The position numbers and the translations under genes were made by a program. From contig JAUGWO010000108.1 of the NCBI GenBank assembly GCA_049724395.1, positions 1 to 64,000 on the forward strand: a stretch of DNA of 64,000 nt, written 5' to 3'. Under the pieces are notes generated by a model. The model had not been told where the DNA came from, searched no databases, and saw only the letters and a program-made list of their open reading frames with translations. The number at the start of each line of letters is the position of its first letter. Position 1 is the first letter of the stretch. Shown in pieces: positions 27,176 through 39,454 of the stretch. This stretch comes from Spongospora subterranea f. sp. subterranea (Eukaryota).

Positions 27176-28597
27176 ATGACTGTTGGAACGCCGCAGTGTA
27201 AAGCGTGGGCAGTGTTAAAACCTGGTGGGGATGTGGTGGACTTCTCATACACGCCGAAACCTCTGGAGCGGGAAGAGGTTGGACAGTAGTGGTATTGATT
27301 ACACAAAGCGAATATTTTATTGTTTATAGGTGGAAATTGCTGTCGATGCGTGTGGTGTCTGCCATAGCGACCTGCACCAGCAACAAAATGACTGGAAAAT
27401 TGGAAATTATCCGATGGTCGTAGGGCACGAGATAATCGGGAGAATAACTGCTTTGGGTAAATCTACATGATCACTGGGTTGTTTTGATTGATTTGAACGT
27501 GAGATAGGGCCTGCTGTAAGTGGAGTAAAACTGGGGCAAAGAGTTGGTGTCGGTCCTCAATGCGGCTCTTGTGAACAATGCAATGAATGCCAAACGGGAG
27601 TGCCTCAATTGTGCACTCAACGAATCGATATTTACAATTCACCAACTGGGACTCCCGAACAACCTCATACATATGGGGGGTTTTCTGAATCAGTTCGATG
27701 CAATTATAAATGGGTATTTCCGATCCCTGATGGTCTCGATTCGGTACATAGTTGTTTATTGTTTTGAAAAATCCAAAAGTTTACGCATATTGCAGGTGGA
27801 TGCTGCTCCAATTATGTGTGCAGGGCTTACAACATGGGCTCCTTTTCAGAGACATAATGTTCAACGTGGGGATGCTGTTGGAATCATTGGTATCGGTGGC
27901 TTAGGTACTGTACAGCTTTCCGAATGACAAACCACGAATCCTCATTATTGTCTTGTAGGTCATATGGCTATTCAATTCGCTTCGGCTCTCGGATTTGAAA
28001 CCACTGTAAGCTTCCACAGCCCTGTTGACATTATTGCAAATGTTTCAATGTTTTCAGGCGATTTCTACCTCAGCCAACAAACGTGAAGAGGCGGTCAAAC
28101 TCGGTGCTAAACACTTTCTTAATGTCAAGGACACTGATCAAATGAAAAAAACAGCGGCAACATTCGGTATGATACTCAAATGCTGATTTTTGGTTTTGTA
28201 ATTGTTGAACAACAGACTTTATGCTGATGACGGTGCCGGCGGAAAATTTTGATTGGGCAACTTATCTGAACTTACTCAAACCACAGGGCAAAATGTGCAT
28301 TGTTGGGGTGACTAATATGATTACAATTCCATCCTTTGCTTTGGTAGCTCGTAACATAACTGTCGTTGGCTCGCTTTTGGCGCCTCCATCGGAAATCCGT
28401 CGGATGCTGCAGTTTGCAGCTGATCATAAAATTCACGTAGACAAAATCACAATTTTCTCTTTCTATCGTTGTTTAAAATTCATATGTAGGCGATGACTGA
28501 AAGTTTGCCGATGAACGCCAATAACTGTAATGCGGCATTGAAGAAAGTCGCCGCGAATTCAGTTCGGTATCGGATGGTTTTGGTCAATAACCATTAA
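27176..28597 (+). CDS. Zn-dependent medium-chain alcohol dehydrogenase, cinnamyl-alcohol-dehydrogenase-like, ~8 exons
   Basis: CGVCHSD, GHEIIG, structural-Zn cysteines CEQCNEC...[25 protein letters not shown]; ~50-nt GT-AG introns; stop TAA 28595-28597. Confidence 0.93.
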
Positions 28598-28799
28598 TTG
28601 CATAAACTCGACTTTAGTGTAGTCAAAGTTTTTACAAATATGAAAACCGAGTGTCGTGTACCTGTATCAATGTGACAGTAACTACTTGAAACTGCATTTT
28701 GACTGCTACCCCAACAATTTAATTCCCACCTGCACAGCTTGTGCTTTCGTATATTCCGGTCTGGAACGTTTCCTCACTACAACACGTCTCCCTCCTAAA

Positions 28800-29500
28800 T
28801 CTCATGAATTCCTCAAAACGAATGGGTGGCACGTGGGCCGCCTGACTACCTGTGAATATTCCGAGTGTTTAGGAGGTCTAAACACCCAGATCTGGTGTGG
28901 AACACACTCCAGAAAATGGCGCCATCAACGAAACGCCTTTACTATAGCCAACAGTTGCTTCATATGGGTTTGATAGTTGATCTCAGACCCAGCTAGGTGC
29001 AACTGATTACTCTGATCTCACTGCCATAGAACGGCACCCATCGTAAAATCGGAACGCGACTCCCTTCAACATGCTGGGTGTTGTGGCCGATACGAGCACG
29101 TTTTTCAAAGGTTTGAAGCCGCTTCCCGCATCTAAACCTCAATACACCACGCCTGTTTCTTTATCAACAATAACACTATACACCAACCTTCAGAACCTTT
29201 GCTGAGATACTGAAACGTTATATGTCTCTGACTTCGTCAATCATTTTCTTGGTCATCAGAGAGAGGTTGTTGACCATGTCGTGGTGGAATCGGTAAATAA
29301 AAAATGAAAAGAACGATATGGGCGATAACAGGTAGTCGAAGGTGAAGATTTCGATCTGATATCCATAAATGTCGGTGGAGAGATTCCACCAACATGTATC
29401 TTTGTCCAAAATGAAGATATCCCCGAATTCCTCCGATCCACATAATAGATTCTCTACTTAAACAGAACTTTCGGTTGGAAACTAAGAAAAGGCGCCCACA
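28800..29500 (-). mobile_element. Highly decayed gypsy RT/RNase H fragment
   Basis: SDFTMGAVLWQ...EINYQTHMKQLLAIVKAFR*WRHFLE, matching the gypsy RNase H pattern. Confidence 0.7.
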
Positions 29501-30759
29501 TAAAGTCATTGCTGATACTGTAAGAGTCGAATGGATTGCGAAGGCGTTCGAGATAATCAGTGACCCTCGAATTGGTCGGCTCTTAGTGTTAGTCCCGGAG
29601 GTGTTCCTGGTCTGCCCGATGGTTATCGTCGACAGGACTAATGTGTGATTACGAACTTACGTTGTCTAAGTTGCATTACACATCGTGTCAGGCGACCTAC
29701 AGAATGGCGAGCGAAATTCAAATTGTCGGAAAATGGAAAATAGAGATTATTCTGACGGTGACTACAGTGAAGGGATTTAAGAGCAAAAATGACGCGAACG
29801 AACTGCAAAAAGATGTATTACTTCGACGATTGGAAAATCAAAATTCTTCGACGGTTGACCAACCCCGTTGACTGCCTTCAAAAGCGCCGCTGATGGGCGC
29901 CAAAAGTTCATTGGAAATTCCGCCTCAAATCTTCAGTTGGAGACCTGTGAAATGAAAAAAACACCCTTTCGATGTATCTGGGAAGATAGAGAGGCGATAC
30001 ATGTCGTTAACATGTGTCAGGGTAATCAGTTCATTCAACGCGATCGAACTAATGACCAACGAAATGCATTCCATCTTTAGTGACATTTGCCAAATTGATA
30101 ACACGAAGTGTTTTTTCGCCAAGCGGTTTGCTTGTTAAACCCAGCAATACGAGCGATGGTACTGGATCGGAAAGTTCTTAAAATACATAATCGAGCCAGT
30201 TCGTTGCGCCGAGAAATTGCAGTAAATCCGCAGCTGTCGATGAAATTCAAAATTAGAGAACGCTGATACCATTTTCTGGGTCAAAAGTGCATTCGTCAGC
30301 ACCATTTAACGAAACGATGAGATATCGATGACATCGGTTTGGGTTAGAAGTGATTCGGAATGTGCAATGCGAGTAAAGAATTTGTCGTTTGGGGATAGTT
30401 GTTGTCATAAACAAATCGATCATGTATTCATAACCGTTAAACCCTGATAAAAGAAGATGACCCAGCACTTGATAACATCCCTGACTGAAAATTAGTGCAT
30501 CAGTTAAACCTGAATTTGTCATAACCAGTTTAGAGTTGTTGACTGTTTCGTCTGAACAGCACAATTCTGCGGCAGCACCGCCCCGGCCCGCGGCTGCGGC
30601 ACCACTGCCTACCGCACAACCATCCACTACCGCCCAACCACCCGCACGTGCGAACATTGATGTGCTTGGTTGACTTTTGGTTCCGCTATTCATTCGTCTA
30701 AACCTAACTGTTTTACACTATGATTTTATATAGATCTCTGAACCGAAAGTCAACCAAGC

Positions 30760-31950
30760 ACATCAATTTTGTACGTGCTTGTCTTGAAGGACGATCTTAG
30801 CTGTTTCGTCGAATTGGTCGCGTGCGAACACGTCAATCATTTCACTGTGGTATTCGCTTATATCGACTGGTTCAAGAGCTTCGGGATAGTTTATCAACAC
30901 CTTTCTGATAAGGGATCGCATTTAAAAAACAAAGTGGTTGATGAATTGTGTTCTCGTCTACATATCGCCCAACACGTACCGCCTACACTCCTTTGGGCAA
31001 CGGGACCGTAGAGATTGTCAATTGACATATTCTATCCACTCTAAAAAATGTATTGTCGGAGTTCAGCCTTCCTTTCGATGACAATTGGCCGTATATTCTT
31101 CCTCTCGTGAATATGGTCCTAAACCATCGGGTCCGTCCCAAGATCGGTTTCTCTCCCGTCACCATTTTCAAAAACCTACAACCTTTTTGTTTATTGTTCG
31201 TCAATTTTCCTCCCTTACAGTGACACCATTGTTAATGTTCCTATAGCTCCACAGCGAATCAATGAGATCACAGTCGACCTTCCTGACTCTCTGGATTTCA
31301 TGCACAAGGAAGTGGCTGATCGTGCATCCAGACAACCCGCCAGAAGCACCGTTCTCGTCGAAATCACAGATCCACCGTCGACATTAATTTTACTACAGAT
31401 GATTATGTGCTCTGCTCTTTACCGAGTCAGAGTAGAAAATCCTGTTTTAACTGGTTCTGTCTTGCACAGATTGTTGACGTGGACAACGCGCACGTTTTCA
31501 TGGTAAAAAATTTGTTCACCTCGGAGGTCTCAGCAATGCATGCCCAACGTCTGATGTATTACGATGACAAGACCCTGAACCTCACAACACTGCTCCTTCA
31601 CAATATCGCATCACATGGCGCTACCATAACGTCTCCTCAATTTGCGACTTAAGGCGCGACACAGATTCGTGTGAAATTGAACTGTGATCGGCTGGCAGGG
31701 TTTTGAGCCATCAGATTTCACTTGGAAGCCGTTTATCTTACTTGTTTTAAATGTTCCTCACCTTGTGAAATCCTGTATACAAGCATGTCCCATGGAACCA
31801 CTTTCTGCCGAACTCCTCCAGAGCCTGGTTTGAAAGAGGGGAATGTGCTACTCCTCGACCCTGTTTTGTAACTATTGCTACTCTTTTCCGCTCATAATAA
31901 ATACACTCTCTTTTTTCTCTCTCTCGTTATCTCTTCTCTTTCTTTCACCG
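30760..31950 (+). mobile_element. Gypsy integrase and chromodomain remnant, with PPT (31833-31843) and 3' LTR start (TGT at 31844)
   Basis: YVLVLKDDLSCFVEL; SDKGSHLKN; GWQGFEPSDFTWKP; gaaagaggggaa-tgt. Confidence 0.85.
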
Positions 31951-32019
31951 CTATTCCGTTCTGGCCACTGTCGACCGAACGGCAGCACAGTGCGGCCATT
32001 CTCGTTGTCTCCATCAGCG

Positions 32020-32690
32020 GATACAGTGCCGATCAGGCACACGGGTCACCATCACCCCGGCCACTAACCGGGACTGTTCGCGGAAAGAACCAGTATTCAA
32101 TGGGGAATTCATCATTGAGAATGTGGGATCGTCTACGAATCTGACTCGCTCACAGACGCTCAAAGGAAAACTAATGACGCATTTCGTCTCGTCAACAACT
32201 TTTTCGTGGGCGCGTACGAGTTTGGCGGCAAGGCCCGGTTCATCAACCACAGCTGGCAGGCAGCTGTCCTGCATACGGATTCACGATTCGCCCGTCGACA
32301 TTTCCCACACGTCCGCAATGCAGTTCGACTGGCAACCGCCAAATCGTACGGGTTCACGAAAAAGTTGTTGGCGAGACGAAATCTCAAACAGGGTTATACA
32401 TGCACCTCAACAGACGCCGAGCCGGAATCGTGCACTATTCCCACATACTCAATGATGACTTCTCCATTGAGTATTGGTTCTTTCGCAAACAGTCCTCGAG
32501 CTTGGGGTGATGGTGACCCGTTGATTGCCAGATCGGCAATGCACCCGCTGATTGAGACAGCGAGAACGAGTGACCAAGTCGAGCATGTCGGAAGACATCG
32601 GTAAAGCAAAATCATGGCGCGTGGCAAAAGAAGAGGATTGTGTAACAAATGTGATGATGGCTTCGGAGTGGCGAGTACACAACTTCAGCG
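32020..32690. pseudogene. Two convergent, diverged SET-domain (lysine methyltransferase) fragments
   Basis: Minus: RGLFAKEPILNGEVIIEYVG...FRLANNFFV. Plus (frameshifted): GSPSP..EPVFNGEFIIENVG...FRLVNNFFVGAYEFGGKARFINHS. Confidence 0.75.
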
Positions 32691-33049
32691 AAAAACGTAT
32701 TCACAGATCATTAGCAGAGGCATCGTTCTGAACACGGTCGATATTCCCGGTTTGGGGGAGAAGACCAACTGAAGTTCGAATCATGGTCGTGAAAAGCTCC
32801 GACACAGCGTATCAGTATCTTCCTGAGGAAGTGCTGAAAAGATTATTATTCCTCGTTCTAAAAATAGGTATTCAGGCCAGCTTCCCTATTCTTCGACTAA
32901 GGTATGGGCCGAATGCCACGAAGATTGGACTTATCGTCAACAAGTGCGACCTATTCCTATTCGCAGGAATGGGCAGACCAAAGACTTCCAATACTGTTTC
33001 GCATACGATGAAGATTTGACCAGAAGGTCCTGTTTGATTATCTGGAATG

Positions 33050-33235
33050 GGGATACAATTGTACTGGATCAACAGCCGCTCGGTGATTGAAGATTTCTGT
33101 CCGAGGCTGCCTATTGGCCACCATTTACATTGGACTACTGCTCTTGGTCGAATGGAACGATTGAGGTCGTCAACCGACGCATTTTACATGTTCTAAGTTC
33201 TATTTTCTGTGAGCTTCGCCTTGATTCCTCTACTG
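33050..33235 (+). mobile_element. Gypsy integrase fragment
   Basis: WSNGTIEVVNRRIL motif. Confidence 0.6.
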
Positions 33236-33325
33236 GCCTGGGAAGACGTCACAATAGAGTGACTAATTGTTTTGTTGGCCATGATTTAATGAATACATTC
33301 TGTTTTAACATTTTGAATCAAGTCT

Positions 33326-36300
33326 TTACGGGTTTTTTGCTTTGTATATACTCTTGTGATTAGAAGTCGTGGTTCCGCCAGCGTTTTCGGCGTTGTCTTC
33401 TTGAGAGGCCATCATTTTCGCAGCCTTTTGGTCCATGACCATCCGTTCGTGTTGCGACATTGACGGGACTGTGAACGTGCGCTCTAACAGGTTCAAAAAG
33501 TTTCGCATGGGCAGGTAGGATAACAGTAAACTGCATACATTTGCCACGATTTCCACAACCATCACTGCAATTTGAATAACGATCTCTGTGTACAACAGGC
33601 GGGTCCATGCCGATTGGTCAACCCCACGGACAAAATAGGCGTTCAACGTCAAGTCCGTGACAGAGTGCTCATCTCGTCCCACCAACGACACTACGGAGGC
33701 CGAGTATTGTTGCCCGTCAATCCAAACGTTACGTTCCAAGTAGATGCCACTGTCGGTGTAGGCACTCTCCAGTCCGCGCATTAAAATATTGCGCGAATCG
33801 CCGACCAGGTCCACTCCATAAGACACTTCGTTTGATCTCTGAGAGTTTTAGAATTGTGTTGAGTAAAACACGTCCATGGCGACAGCACCGAATAGTGTTA
33901 AACATGATAAATGTGCATAATTTCTTGACTGAGTATTTGTGAAAACCACGGAAGGCAGATACTCTGTCTAAACTTTGAAAATAAAGAGGTAAAATGGGTG
34001 TTGATCGACGGTTAAACAATTACCGTTAATACACTCGATATTGTGGTGAAGTTGCGCGAATATTTATTCCAGACGAAAGCCCCTGGGAAGACGTTGATGA
34101 TTGCAGGTTGATCATCACTAGATGGAGCAAGAATTACCGAAATATCCTTCCTTAAACACTTCCAATGCGTGTTCCCAGATTGTTTCCTTCCCGTTGAACA
34201 CATCTATTGCCATAATTGCTCCAACCATATTACCGATCACCAGTTTTCCATCAACAACTGGAAAAAAAACGTTTAAATTTCAAAGAAAAACTTCTTCAAA
34301 CATATTCAAAATGCTGATTTTGTTTTGAAAGTTCAGGAAAGAGCGCTGAATAACATTTTAACAGATCTGTTCAATGAACCTATATACGACAATAGTGAGA
34401 AAAAAACTATCGAATTGAGCAACTGACTTGATCTATTGCTAACGGGTACAGCGAGAATACGACAAATTATGGGACCATTATCGCGAACGGAGTTGAAGGG
34501 GGCATATATACTGATCTGGGCCAAGGTACATGTAATTGTTGTGGCCATCGGAGCCCGACGTGATGGATCCTGCTTGGCCATATCTGCGACCAAATCCGGT
34601 ATGGGAAACGGGAACCCGATAGCGGGCCGATGACTACTGGAAATCACAATGGAACCCCTGAAATCCATCACAACCACCAGAGAATAATTCAGACCCAAAT
34701 TGCAACGACAAACCTTAAATCAAACTAGGAAAGATCATATATGAAATCGGTTCGAATTTTCTTGAAAATGGCCAAACGAACCACGTCTGCTAATTTCCTA
34801 GTTTAAAATTTTTGTGCACTACTAAAAACCGTTGGCATTTTGCGGAAACCGCCTCAGACGTGCAAACCTGATTTTAGGGAGCAATACGTTGAACAACTTG
34901 ATGGTAAAGGTCAATACGTTCCGATAAAATAGGCAGTTCAAAAAAGTCGACATTGGGGTGAAACAATCGTACATTGATACAGCGGAAAGAGAATCCAGTT
35001 CTAGCGCCATGGCGGCGTCGTCGAGTTTGGCGGTCTCCTTGGCGGAGAAGGCGCCCGCTGCGGTCGGGTTGAGGAGTGTGTCGAATCCGGACCAGCCTTT
35101 CAGGTATCCGGATATGTGCTTCCCCTTTTCGGTCGCCACCTCACTCATAACCGCTCCCTGAACCAATCGAATACGATCATCAAACGCGCAACGTTTTGCT
35201 TTTCCCAAAAATAAACGTCAATGAGGTTCTCTGTCAGTCGCAAACAAAGACCGCAAAATGTTGGGTTCTTTGGGCAAAGGATTTTTCTGACAAATCGTAT
35301 CCACAGGGCGCTTTGAAAGCAATATCGTGTAACTATTTGAGGCCTTGACAACACGACACACTCGTGATATGCCATAGATGCACGAGCTAACAGATCAATT
35401 GTTTGCGAATGATTATCAGTAAATCAATCGATATCCGATTGGAAAATGAGTAGGCTCTTGGTCATTTCAGTATAGATGAAAAGGGGGAGAACCAAAACAA
35501 AATTGGATAACGACGTTCTGTAATCAAAATCAGCTTTAGAAAGGGTTTCCATTTACCTCAGATGTAGCTGAAGTGAATTCGCCGACGAAGTTGGTGAGAA
35601 TATTGATGTTGACGAAAATGAGACAGGCCATGATCCCTTGAACGACGACCGTTTTCAGGATCAGACTGGCCAGCACCGATTTGTTGGCCTTCATCACCCG
35701 AACCTTCTCGTTGAACTCGGAGATTCTGACATAACAATGGCGTTAGACATGGTAGATCAGCTGACAACCTCAATAGATTGACGACAAAACAAGTCGATCC
35801 GAGAGGGCAAAAAGACGTCAAGAACACCAATGGCGAATTCGCCAGGGAAAACCACGTTTTAGATCTTGAATGATTGCACAAACGCGAACTCTTCAGCTCT
35901 TTGTATAAATGAGTTTCTCAAGTATTTACGTGCTGAATACTCGTCGAATATCGAATCAAATACCTTTTATTTCGAACGGACTCGACAAGCTGTTGCATCG
36001 GGTCGATAAACTTGACGACTAGAAGGAGGAAATGTGGTCAATAACGGGAAATGGATTGAGTGGGAATGAACGTGTGTTTTCGTACACAGGAACTTGAGTG
36101 TGGCGAAACTCATGACGAACAGACACACGACGAAAGGGATCTGATAGGTCATAGACCGAACGATCACTTCGTGGACGGCGGAATTGGGCACGCCCATGAC
36201 GTAGATGGCTTTGGTGTCGCCGAGCGCGTCGGCAACGGGCGTCTCCTCGAGCATCGTCCCGACGACGGATCCCGCCGCCACCGAATACTCGATATCCCCT

Positions 36301-38553
36301 GATCAAACAGTGTCGATCAAGCGAAGACCATGTCGTTTTTTGCGGTTGAACGATGAATTTGGCAAATCTATCCCGTAAATGCCGTTGCCTTGCGATCCCA
36401 CTCAACGTATTGCGTTGTTAGGAGCAACAAAACATAGTTCAATACAAACTCAAATCACGTCGTTCAACGCGAACTCAAAAAATTCGGAGCAAAAAGAACG
36501 TTACGAAGAAGAGAAAAATATTTGTCGTTTACCGATCGTTAATGTCGATAATGACGGTTCGTCGCGCGATTCGAAGAACTGCCGAAGCTGGTCGGCGGAG
36601 TAGAGCGCGGCGATATCCGGGGTCGACACCACACCATCGGCCGTTGTGCCCACCCATTCAAACGACGTCGCCGTGGACCACGACTCGCTCGATGTTTCCA
36701 CAAGTATCGCTGAGAACCCGCCCTTTTCAAGGTTCACCACCGACGAATACAGATCATATTTCCGTCGGGTAATCGCATTTCCTGTTCGACAATAAATCAA
36801 CGAGAAGAATTCGCCAAAATTAAACGGACATCAAATGGTTTTTTTTTCCAATGCGTTTTGGACAAAAAGTCAATAAGAACATTTTCGAAAAACTGCCGAA
36901 ATCAATAGCGTCAGTCTTTCCCGTAAAATTTGCAATGAATTCGGTTTGGGTTGGGGAGGATGACCAGAAGAATGGAGATTGGCGTCGTACCCATGACGAG
37001 ATAGCCAATCGGGGCGTTGGTCCCACAATGGAACGGGGACACGATCATCTGGACCAGAGATCCGCCAGGTTGATCGCGCCAAGACGGCAGATGATCCCAG
37101 GGACCGACGTCGCCCGACTCGACCCTCGGGCCCAGCTCGGGCGCGTCCATGGCCATAAACTCGGAAACCGGAACCACAACCGACGACGATGCCTGTTTGA
37201 TTGCCGAATCAGATCACGATCACTCTTCACAACAATGAGATTATGGAATTTGTGGTGAAAAAAAAAAACAACTACAAACTATTTACGAATATCGACGACA
37301 ACGATTCTGACGATCATGGCAGAAAGGCTATTGATTGTTTTGTGGAATACGAAATTACTAAAAAGGAACAGACGTAAAATTAATGGTATTTCACAATTGG
37401 GAGAAACATTTGTTGTAATTTTGGATTGTGTCACAGACAGGTAATCCAGATGAGAAATATGTGGAATTATATGTGGATATAATCCCATCAGGATCAAATA
37501 CGGAGCCGATAGCTGACGATGGACCGGCACTAGCGACAACACGACCAACGACATCGGTCAGAACAACGAACTCGATATGGCGACTCTGGATCTCGTTCAG
37601 GAAGCGGATATGGTGCTCGTCGACCAGATACGAGTCATGAGGCGATCTCAGCAATACACATGTTGAACTCGTGCTCGCGTTGTAGGTATATCGGTACGAT
37701 CCCAGCCACTTATTCAAACAGACAATCAGGGAGATCCCGTCAAACGATATCTTTTAAAACGTGTCAACAGATGAACAATTCGAGATTAACGCCATTCGCG
37801 TTTTTTTAAAAAAACTTCACTAAACTTTCTATCAAACTGAGAACACAATCTCTGGAAATTCAATAGGAATTCATAAAATTTTAATACATTAATTTCCATG
37901 ACATTATGAGCAAATTGCAATATATTTTGGTAAATTTTGTGAATGTTGAGAGGATATGATGTTGCGGTCGAGCTGTGTTCGATGGGGAAAAAACGAATAT
38001 CGACATGAAATTGATGATGACGAACGGCGAGATATCGAAGCAGGATATACCATGTCGTGGAATGATTCGCCATATTGGAACTGGAGATAGCTGGCGGTGC
38101 TGATCGCCTTCGCGTCCAGCATGTCGTTCAGCGATGACGACAGCCACAGCAGCTGGCCGATCAGGGTCAGGATCAGAACCACGTCGGCCAGCACAATCAG
38201 GCTCACGATCCGCCTCTTCACAATACTCAGTCGTTCCCGCTGCGTTCTCTAAACTCACCAAAATACTGATCGTCAGACAAGAAACCACTTTTCCAATGTC
38301 CTTTTGTCGACAGGATGTTACAGAAAAAACAACAAAATTCCACTCTGTTCTTGACAATTTCAAGGGATCTCGAAACAATACGTTTTTTAGCCAGAACGGT
38401 CCCTTAAAGCAACAATATCAAATGATGAACCTGTTTCCGTTTGGTCTCAGAAATTTGAGATGATTTCGTGGGCTGTGACGCCATCGGCACGACCGCCACC
38501 CGTCGAGTCGACCGTGTTCTTGGTGTGTTCAACGACGGGATGGGCGGTGTCAT
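33326..38553 (-). CDS. Tandem Cache-like sensor 4-TM protein, paralog B (13 exons, apparently intact)
   Basis: Exons colinear with D and splice phases conserved; start at 38553 or 38484 (exon 1 ends ETKRKQ|GT). Confidence 0.87.
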
Positions 38554-39454
38554 TGCTGTTGGCCATGTTGTCGAACGGTTGTTGTTCGGGAGACACAGAG
38601 ACGCAGTTGGTCATATTGGGTCGTGTCGGCAGTGAATTGGGTGAAATTATCGGGTCCAGAGCGGGAATCGATCGTGTACTCCTTATACACGATATAAGGA
38701 CCTGCTATCACCTCCTGCTCCTCCCCCTATTGCTCATCACGTTCGGTGATGGATCAGGGATATGATATTGTGAATATCCCCACATTTATGGTTTCGATCT
38801 ATAGAGCGACCAAACCCGCTTTGATGAGCTGCCCAATCCACATTTGCGGTGATCGACTGATATCGAATGAAGATAGCAGATTGCCGCCGAATAATACTGT
38901 GGAACAGATCATCTCCCATATTCGCAGTGATTGCCATCGATCACAACACAAACGACTGGTCGTTTTATGAGTTTATTTGTCGCTGACCTTGGTCCCTCAA
39001 TTTCGTCATTTATTTGATTAAAATTGCTCATTTGTCGAACCATTTTGATCGGAAACATAGTCATTGACGACAGCGTCAATCCCCCCGGGGACGCCATAAT
39101 GTTGTATCGCCATCGATCTGTCGTTGGGCGGCTCCCACGAAATCATGGGCCGGCACAACCCTGTTCTGCCAGGTCGTCGTTGGGAGTTGTCCAAGACCAG
39201 TCCTTCCAAATCACGAGCAACGTCAGAAAGGGAAGTTCGGCGATGACGATCATTGATCATCATCGTCAATTAATTGGTGTCGACTTATCAAGGCATTTCC
39301 CGATTTTTGTCGGATCGGAAGGCGAGATGGTTGATTGGTGTCGTACAAGATATGATCCTGTTGCAGATTAATCAGGGTACGATTGTCGTGGACACAGATT
39401 TGCCAATAATTTCAAGTACCTGGGTCATTGTCGAGGGCGCCAGGAAGGGAACGA

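Noticed and set aside
29640..30120. Possible piggyBac fragment (CIWEDREAIHVV)
   Set aside because: A single weak motif, with no TTAA/TIR or catalytic motifs identified.
30253..30693. 146-aa ORF with an Ala/Gly-rich stretch
   Set aside because: No recognisable motif; probably the antisense of a low-complexity Pro/Ala segment.
38690..39420. Separate gene between paralogs B and C
   Set aside because: Only short overlapping ORFs on both strands, with no motif or convincing splice model.
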